DNA of 64,000 nt, from NCBI GenBank assembly GCA_043800705.1, contig JAZDMS010000018.1, forward strand, positions 1 through 64,000, read 5' to 3'. Below are positions 57,849 to 64,000 of this stretch, in pieces. The translations under genes and the position numbers were made by a program. The notes under the pieces were generated by a model, which was given only the letters and a program-made list of their open reading frames with translations, ran no database searches and was not told where the DNA came from. The stretch is from Candidatus Altiarchaeota archaeon (GTDB taxonomy: Archaea; Altiarchaeota; Altiarchaeia; IMC4; SCGC-AAA252-I15). Each line of letters starts with the position of its first letter. Position 1 is the first letter of the stretch.

Positions 57849-58858
57849 GACCACACCCCCTCGGCCGGGCGTCTGCAGCCCGGGCATGCGCCCTCCGCCA
57901 TCCTGTTCCGGACAATGCTGAACCCATGCCGTTCGATGAGGAGCTCCCCGCATCCGGGGCAGCATGTGTCTTCGAATCTCCCGTGCGGGACATTGCCTGC
58001 GTAGACGTACTTCAAGCCCGCATCCCTGCCCAGTTTCACCGCTTTTTCTACGGCATTCACGCCGGTCGCCGGTATCCCGCCGAGCTTGTAGTCCGGGTGG
58101 AATGCGGACACATGCCAGGGGACGTGGTCTCCGAGCTCGGATGCGATGAATCCGGCGATCTGGCCAAGCTCCTCCTGACCGTCATTGAGTGTCGGTATTA
58201 TCAGCGTCGTCACTTCCACCCATACCCCCCTCCTCATCAGGTCTTTCAGTGTGGAAAGCACCGGCTCAAGGCTGCCGCCGCAGTTCTCCCGGTAGAACCT
58301 GTCGGAGAAGCTCTTCAGGTCGACGTTGTCCGCGTGCAGGTACGGGGCGATGAGCCCGACAGAATCGTCTGTCATGTAGCCGTTTGAGACGAAGACGTTC
58401 CGAAGGCCGTCCTTGGCTGCGAGCTTCGACACGTCGAGGGCGTACTCCATGAAGATCGTCGGTTCGGTGTACGTGTACGCAATCGATGAGCACCCGGTCG
58501 CCTTCGCCCCCTCGACTATCTCCTTGGGCTCGACTTCTTCCCCTACGATCTCCCCTCCATCCCTTGTCATCTGGCTGATCTCCCAGTTCTGGCAGTTTTT
58601 GCAGCGGAAATTGCACCCCGGCGTCGCGATCGAATAGGCCTTCGAACCTGGAAGGAAATGGTAGAGCGGCTTCTTCTCTATGGGGTCAGGATTCGCTGCG
58701 CAAGGCTTCCCCCACACAAGCGAGTAAAGAGTGCCCCCCCTATTCTCTCTGACAGCGCATATGCCCCTTCTGCCGTCGGGTATCGTGCACCGGTGGGCAC
58801 ACATCGCGCACCTGACAGCTTTTCCGGCGTCTGGCGATTGGAGGAGGGCTTCGTGCAT
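57845..58858 (-). CDS. amrS: AmmeMemoRadiSam system radical SAM enzyme
   Basis: DPIEKKPLYHFLPG, CNFRCKNCQNWEISQ, AYTYTEP, YVYAGNV. Confidence 0.92.
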   Translation of the reverse strand: MHEALLQSPDAGKAVRCAMCAHRCTIPDGRRGICAVRENRGGTLYSLVWGKPCAANPDPIEKKPLYHFLPGSKAYSIATPGCNFRCKNCQNWEISQMTRDGGEIVGEEVEPKEIVEGAKATGCSSIAYTYTEPTIFMEYALDVSKLAAKDGLRNVFVSNGYMTDDSVGLIAPYLHADNVDLKSFSDRFYRENCGGSLEPVLSTLKDLMRRGVWVEVTTLIIPTLNDGQEELGQIAGFIASELGDHVPWHVSAFHPDYKLGGIPATGVNAVEKAVKLGRDAGLKYVYAGNVPHGRFEDTCCPGCGELLIERHGFSIVRNRMAEGACPGCRRPAEGVWS

Positions 58859-58909
58859 AACATTAAGAATGGGATGGCAGTATATTAATTGACGCGCGCC
58901 CGCCGAACT

Positions 58910-60247
58910 TCAGCCCTTCCGGCCGAATCCGGCCGCGGCGGAAAGGAGGAAGTAGACCGCAGCGAGGGTGAAGTGAATCATGAAGGGAAGCGTGTAGCGG
59001 GGCAGACCGAAGAAAACGGCCGTAACGATGACAATGTTCAGGAAGAATATCAGGGGGGCTGCGGGAGCATTCGGCCTCGGCCTCTCCTCCCAGATCACGG
59101 ATTTCGGCAGAAGGCCCATGGCATAATACGCCATCATGGAAGCGATGATGAGCCGGAATGCGAACGTGACGAAGGCCGACGGCACGTCTGTTGCAGCCAT
59201 GACCTTGTTCCTTAGCATCGAAGGAATGCTATCCGCATTCTCTTTCCAAAAGAGTGCAAGTGACCAGATTCTGTCCTTTTTTGCCATTTCGCTGTAGAAA
59301 TCGTCCTTTATCCAATCCGAGTTCCATTGGCCGGTTTCCAGGCTTTTTGCATTGTTCCCTCCGTATAGGGAGTTGTCGAATTGCCTGGCAAGGACGATGA
59401 AGCTTCCCGTCTTGATGTAGAGGTAGGCTTCCCATGGCACGATCAGAGTTGAGCAGCCGAGTATGAATAGCGTGCAGACGGCGAACGACTTCTTTGAGGA
59501 TCCGAACCTGAAGAAGACGTAGCCCAGAAAAATTATCGGTATGAACCCCATGTATCCTTTGATGAGGTCGAGGCCGCCCGACAGGACCCCCAGAGCGAAG
59601 GACCATGCCAAACCGTCTCTCTTAGAAAAAAACTGGAACGCACAGGCCCAAACCATCAGCGCGAAAACGGATAAGGGTTCGCTGAGAATGAGCCCCGGGT
59701 TCGGCAAAATGGGGAGGACGCAGGCGAGGACCGCAGTGAAGGCTCCCGCAGCCGCACCCCTGTTAGACCAGTATCTGCTGCCCAGCCAAGGCAGGAGCGA
59801 AACGGCGGCCGCAAGCAGCACGGTTTGAACGACCTTCGCAGTTTGCGGATGTACTCCGGCGACAAAATAAACGGAAGCCAGAAAAAAATGGTATGCGGGC
59901 GTCGTATAGAACGGATTATACGGTTTCGTGAGAATGGGCTTTATTTTCTGTTTGTATATCTTTGACAGATCGATCCTGTAGACGTCGATGCCGTCCAGGT
60001 TTCCCATAACGAAGCCGTGCCCGTTGACGATGTTCACTGCGGCCATTTGATAGCCTATCGAGTCGATGAGGTAAGGGATGTCGACCATGTCATTGTAAAA
60101 GGTTTCATACCTCAAGAGAAGCGATAAAAATGTCAGGAAAAAGGCAAACGCACAAACTGCCGCCAGGTTCCTTATCCAGAAATCGTCGTCGACGAAATCT
60201 CTCACGGCCTTCCTAATATTGCCAGACCCTCTCATGGTGCGTCCCAT
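58910..60247 (-). CDS. GT-C (GT39/ArnT-like) membrane glycosyltransferase
   Basis: DSIGY, TPAY, LSEPL, LYGGNN, PRY motifs and multiple TM segments. Confidence 0.72.
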   Translation of the reverse strand: MGRTMRGSGNIRKAVRDFVDDDFWIRNLAAVCAFAFFLTFLSLLLRYETFYNDMVDIPYLIDSIGYQMAAVNIVNGHGFVMGNLDGIDVYRIDLSKIYKQKIKPILTKPYNPFYTTPAYHFFLASVYFVAGVHPQTAKVVQTVLLAAAVSLLPWLGSRYWSNRGAAAGAFTAVLACVLPILPNPGLILSEPLSVFALMVWACAFQFFSKRDGLAWSFALGVLSGGLDLIKGYMGFIPIIFLGYVFFRFGSSKKSFAVCTLFILGCSTLIVPWEAYLYIKTGSFIVLARQFDNSLYGGNNAKSLETGQWNSDWIKDDFYSEMAKKDRIWSLALFWKENADSIPSMLRNKVMAATDVPSAFVTFAFRLIIASMMAYYAMGLLPKSVIWEERPRPNAPAAPLIFFLNIVIVTAVFFGLPRYTLPFMIHFTLAAVYFLLSAAAGFGRKG

Positions 60248-60279
60248 CCATCTAATATACGCCTCTGCTATAATATCCT

Positions 60280-60957
60280 TTGGATGTGGAGAAATATTCC
60301 CCGGGTGGGATTACCGCGGTCGTACCGGCACTGAACGAACAGGATTCCATCCGCGCCGTCATCGAGGGTTTGAAGCCGCTCGCGGACGAAATAATAGTCG
60401 TAGACGGACATTCGAGGGACCGTACCGCGGAGATAGCCCGCAAATGCGGCGCGTCGGTCCTGTTCGATGAGGTGGGAAAAGGATCTGCCGTAAGGAAGGG
60501 GTTTTCCGAAGCCAGAGGCGGCATCGTAGTAATGGTGGACGCGGACTGCTCTCACAGGCCTGAAGAAGTTGCGAAGGCGGTCAAGAAGATCCGTGAAGGC
60601 TACGACGTCTGCATGCCGTCAAGGTTCATGGAGGGTGGAGGCTCCGAAGACATTACCCCCCTCAGGGTGTTTGGCAATGGATTCTACAAATTCTGGGTTA
60701 GGTTATTTTGGGGGGTCTCATACACCGACATATGCTACGGTTTTAGGGCATTCAGCAGGTCTGCCCTCAAAAAACTGGACCTTTCAGCAGACGGCTTCGA
60801 CTTGGAGGTCGAGATCGCCATAAAGACGGCGAAGAAAGGCCTAAAATTTGTGGAAATCCCCAGCCTAGAATTGAAAAGAAAATCCGGCAGCGGAAAACTC
60901 GGTTTTTGGACGAGCCTTGTCCTGGACAGGCGGATACTGTTGGAACTGTTCGACTAA
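60280..60957 (+). CDS. GT2 glycosyltransferase (dolichol-phosphate-mannose-synthase-like)
   Basis: VPALNE, VDGHSRDRT, GKGSA, DADCSH, TDICYGFRAF. Confidence 0.92.
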   Translation: MDVEKYSPGGITAVVPALNEQDSIRAVIEGLKPLADEIIVVDGHSRDRTAEIARKCGASVLFDEVGKGSAVRKGFSEARGGIVVMVDADCSHRPEEVAKAVKKIREGYDVCMPSRFMEGGGSEDITPLRVFGNGFYKFWVRLFWGVSYTDICYGFRAFSRSALKKLDLSADGFDLEVEIAIKTAKKGLKFVEIPSLELKRKSGSGKLGFWTSLVLDRRILLELFD

Positions 60958-60960
60958 TGC

Positions 60961-61074
60961 AAGGCCTTGAAGGCGGATATAACAATCGTCGTCTTCGGAG
61001 AGGCTAAGCGGCAGGGAAAGTTAGGCTTCTGGCTGAGCCTTGTGGTCAGACAGGTATTGTAGGGACTATTCGAT
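60961..61074 (+). pseudogene. Decayed alternative 3' end of the GT2 gene
   Basis: KALKADITIV ... GKLGFWLSLVVRQVL*GLFD versus the gene end KTAKKGLKFV ... GKLGFWTSLVLDRRILLELFD*. Confidence 0.7.
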
Positions 61075-61116
61075 TTGGCGTTATTTATTTATTTGGCTGT
61101 AAAAAATAGCCTTACC

Positions 61117-62481
61117 ATGAGGGTACTTTTGCTGAATCCACCGGCAAAGGGCGGGCAGTCGAGGGACGGCAGATGCCAGACTGAGGGTTCAGCCTGGCTT
61201 TCGTCATTTCCTCCAACGACGCTCGCCGGAATCGCGGGCTGTGTGAGGGAAAGGCACCAGATCAAGCTGATGGATTGTATCGGATCGGCTATGGGATATT
61301 ATGAGGCGATGGCGCAAGCGCTGGAGTATGAGCCGGACTTTGTCGTTGTAAACACCTCGACACAAACCTTGGAAGCCGACCTCGAGATTGCCGGAAGGAT
61401 ACGTGATACTACGGGTGCTAAGATAATCGCCTACGGGGAGAGCGTCACGGCTAGGAGGGCCGAACTCGTGGCGGACGGGTCCGTCGACTTTGCGGTGCTG
61501 GGGGAGCCTGAGACGCCAGTAATGAAAATTCTCGGAGGAAGTCCCTCTGTAACTGGCGTCGCCTTTAGGGGATGGGATGGTGGCCTGTGGTCAGAGCCCG
61601 ACCTAGACACTCTCCCGTTTCCCGCATACGATCTTTTGCCAGTTTATCTTTATCCCCTTACCGGGGAACGCTGGATGTTCGTCCGCACCGGCAGGGGATG
61701 CCCATACAAATGCGTCTTCTGCATACAGCCGTCGTATTCCAACAAACCAAGGGTCCATTCAGTGGACTACATCGTCAGGCAGCTGAAATGGCTCAGAGGC
61801 CTTGGCATAAATGTTTTCATGTTCTGGGAGGAGACTGCCACACTAAACAGGCCGCACGTACTTGGCATGTGCGACCGTTTTGTGCGAGAGGGGCTGGACA
61901 AAAGCTGCAAATGGTTCGCCACGACCCGCGTCGACCGTTTCGACGACGAGCTTGCAGAGGCGATGAGCAAGGCTGGTTGCAGGATGCTCGCGTTCGGCAT
62001 CGAATCGGGTTGCCAGGAAATCCTCGACGTTAACGGGAAAGGCATAACCCTCGAAGAGTCCAAGTCCGCGGTATCGTCAGCCAGAAGGCATGGCATCGTG
62101 ACTGTAGGGCATTTCATTATAGGACTTCCCGGTGACACCCCAAAGCGGGCCAGACAGACTGTGAAATTCGCTTGCGATCTGAAACTTGATTTCGCCCAGT
62201 TCTACGTCGCCACCCCTTTTCTCGGCTCTGAGTTTCACAAGATAGCCTCGGATAACGGATGGATTGTGGAAGCCGATACACGCAATATCCAGCAGGGCAT
62301 AGCGGCCGTCTCATATCCGGACTTCAGCGCGGATCAGATGCAGGCGGAGAGGCGGCGAGCCTTCATGAAGTTCTACCTCCGGCCGCATGCAATTTATGCA
62401 TCCCTGAAGGCGAGATCGATGCAATCGATACTGCGGCTGCCCCTGCAGGCATTGGCATTCTCCAGGTGGGCCCTTAAGTAG
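61117..62481 (+). CDS. B12-binding radical SAM enzyme
   Basis: LLLNPP ... RDGRC, TGRGCPYKCVFC, GIESG, FIIGLPGDT. Confidence 0.9.
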   Translation: MRVLLLNPPAKGGQSRDGRCQTEGSAWLSSFPPTTLAGIAGCVRERHQIKLMDCIGSAMGYYEAMAQALEYEPDFVVVNTSTQTLEADLEIAGRIRDTTGAKIIAYGESVTARRAELVADGSVDFAVLGEPETPVMKILGGSPSVTGVAFRGWDGGLWSEPDLDTLPFPAYDLLPVYLYPLTGERWMFVRTGRGCPYKCVFCIQPSYSNKPRVHSVDYIVRQLKWLRGLGINVFMFWEETATLNRPHVLGMCDRFVREGLDKSCKWFATTRVDRFDDELAEAMSKAGCRMLAFGIESGCQEILDVNGKGITLEESKSAVSSARRHGIVTVGHFIIGLPGDTPKRARQTVKFACDLKLDFAQFYVATPFLGSEFHKIASDNGWIVEADTRNIQQGIAAVSYPDFSADQMQAERRRAFMKFYLRPHAIYASLKARSMQSILRLPLQALAFSRWALK

Positions 62482-62591
62482 TCTCAACCTTTAATGGACT
62501 TCTCCAGGATAGTTCTGAGTTTTCTGACCTCCAGGAAAAAGAATATGCCAATGGCTGCCAGAATAAGCTGGCTGAACATTACAGACTCGGC

Positions 62592-62876
62592 TGTTGTGTA
62601 ATTTCCCGAATTAATTTCGCTTCAGTTGAGTTGGGTTTTATGCGAAAACTCAACCAGAAGAAGGTGAGATGGATTATTCGGGAAATGAACCGTGGTGACC
62701 TATTCCCCCACATGAGCCTAGACTTCGAAAACGCCGAAACACCAAGGGAAGCATTACTGCGTAAAATGCCCCCAGAAAACCTCCTAGGAGCAGCCAGTAA
62801 ATACTTCGGATGGTGACATATATGGTCAAAAACACATATCCAAACACAGGCGAAATTAAAACAGGAAATCGCAATA
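62592..62876 (+). mobile_element. Internally deleted IS481-like element (MITE-like)
   Basis: Imperfect terminal inverted repeats TGTTGTGTAATTTCCCGAATTAATTTCGC and GCGAAATTAAAACAGGAAATCGCAATA; the ORF fuses a transposase-like start (MRKLNQKKVRWII) to a transposase-like end (PHMSL ... ETP ... RKM). Confidence 0.7.
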
Positions 62877-62983
62877 TCCGTCCCATACCGGCATGGCCTT
62901 ATAGTTTGGGATGGCAGTTTAAAATTAGGGCATCAGGCAAGGGCTTGGTGATATTTATTGCCGCCGGCTATGTATTTCTTTCT

Positions 62984-63490
62984 ATGCAGTTCGTCCGCAT
63001 CCCCGAAGAGAGGGTGAGGGTCCTCATTGGCGAGGCAGGGTCAACGAAGAAGGCCATCGAAAACAGGACCAAGTGCAGGATAAGCCTTGCGGAGGGCGAG
63101 GTCTCCGTGGAGGGCGAGGCCCTCGACGAGTGGGTGGCAAAGGACGTCATACACGCGATAGGCCGGGGGTTCAATCCGGAAAAGGCGATGTTCCTCCTGA
63201 AGGACGGCTTCATACTCGACTTCATCGAGCTCGCGGAGTACGCGAACACCCCGAAGGCGAGGGAGAGGATTAAGGGGAGGATAATCGGCGAAGACGGGCG
63301 CACGAGGAAGTTCATCGAGAAGAACGCCGGCGCAATGGTATCGGTCTACGGGAAGACGGTGGCGTTCATCGGCCCCTTCGACTCCGTGGCCCTGGCGAAG
63401 GAGGCGGTGACGATGCTGTGCACGGGAAGCAGGCACGCCGGCGTCTACCGGTTCATAGAGAAGAAAGGACCGCACAAGAGATGGGCGTGA
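62984..63490 (+). CDS. KH-domain ribosome biogenesis protein Dim2/Pno1
   Basis: RIPEERVRVLIG, AIGRGFNPEKA, RIKGRIIG, VSVYGKTV. Confidence 0.92.
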   Translation: MQFVRIPEERVRVLIGEAGSTKKAIENRTKCRISLAEGEVSVEGEALDEWVAKDVIHAIGRGFNPEKAMFLLKDGFILDFIELAEYANTPKARERIKGRIIGEDGRTRKFIEKNAGAMVSVYGKTVAFIGPFDSVALAKEAVTMLCTGSRHAGVYRFIEKKGPHKRWA

Positions 63491-63609
63491 TACGCCCCTT
63501 GCGGGTCCATGCCTGATGTTTTAAGCCCGAAAACGTAATAGATATGGGTGTGGGTTTTTAACGGCTGAATTGCAATACATTGCTATTTTTTGCTTCATGG
63601 TAGATTGAC

Positions 63610-64000
63610 ATGGCAGACAAAGACGACGATGACATCAAGGAGAGGTCCGCTGACGACCTGTTCAAGGACTTTAAGGCAGTTTCGATAACCGAGTTCTTCA
63701 GAAAGAACAAGGCGCACCTGGGATATTCCGGCAAGCTGCGGTCCCTGACCACAATAATCCACGAGCTTGTCACGAACTCCCTGGACGCATGCGAGGAGGC
63801 GGGGATACTTCCGGACCTAGAAGTCACCATCAAGCAGATAGGGGACGAGCACTACAGCTTCACCAGCCGCGACAACGGGCCCGGCATCCCGGAGAAGCAC
63901 ATCGGCAACGTCTTCGGCCAGATGCTTGCGGGGACCAAGTTCCACCGGAACGTCCAGCTTCGCGGCCAGCAGGGGATCGGCGTCGCCGGCGTGACACTGT
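63610..64000 (+). CDS. top6B: DNA topoisomerase VI subunit B (5' part)
   Basis: Manual translation: [46 protein letters not shown]. Confidence 0.95.
   Translation, partial: MADKDDDDIKERSADDLFKDFKAVSITEFFRKNKAHLGYSGKLRSLTTIIHELVTNSLDACEEAGILPDLEVTIKQIGDEHYSFTSRDNGPGIPEKHIGNVFGQMLAGTKFHRNVQLRGQQGIGVAGVTL

Noticed and set aside
63160-63185. GGTTCAATCC T-arm-like motif
   Set aside because: It lies inside Dim2 coding sequence (GRGFNP) with no cloverleaf; no tRNA or rRNA was recognised anywhere in the window

Overview
A high-GC archaeal chromosome segment. The split rpoB''/B' and rpoA'/A'', geranylgeranyl reductase, Cdc6, Topo VI-B and Thr-rich, Cys-motif lipoproteins suggest a DPANN-type lineage such as Altiarchaeota, but that assignment is inference. 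Core content is the RNA polymerase operon (rpoH-B''-B'-A'-A''-rpl30e-nusA), a rearranged ribosomal operon (rps12 joined directly to rps8-rpl6-rpl32e-rpl19e-rpl18-rps5-rpl30-rpl15-secY), a cdc6/sepF/2x KaiC-like cluster, metal transport (FeoB with a DtxR-FeoA regulator; MgtE-cytosolic/NRAMP pair), RNA-processing enzymes and assorted metabolic genes. Accessory islets include a type IIG restriction-modification locus with an AT-rich specificity region, a twin-arginine HExxH metalloprotease with two small coupled genes, an insert between nusA and rps12, a glycosylation/radical-SAM islet and an IS481-derived miniature element. The most unusual signal is at 21.4-21.7 kb. An aminotransferase gene ends in a synonymously recoded 3' end, followed by a hairpin, a perfect 14-triad intrastrand-triplex sequence and an orphaned alternative copy of the same 3' end. 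The site sits at the centre of a mirror-image A/C versus G/T composition switch. The switch recurs around the RM specificity domain, and a second orphan 3' end follows the GT2 gene. Two +1 homopolymer frameshifts (sepF, rpoA') are most likely sequencing errors. I recognised no rRNA, tRNA or CRISPR array.
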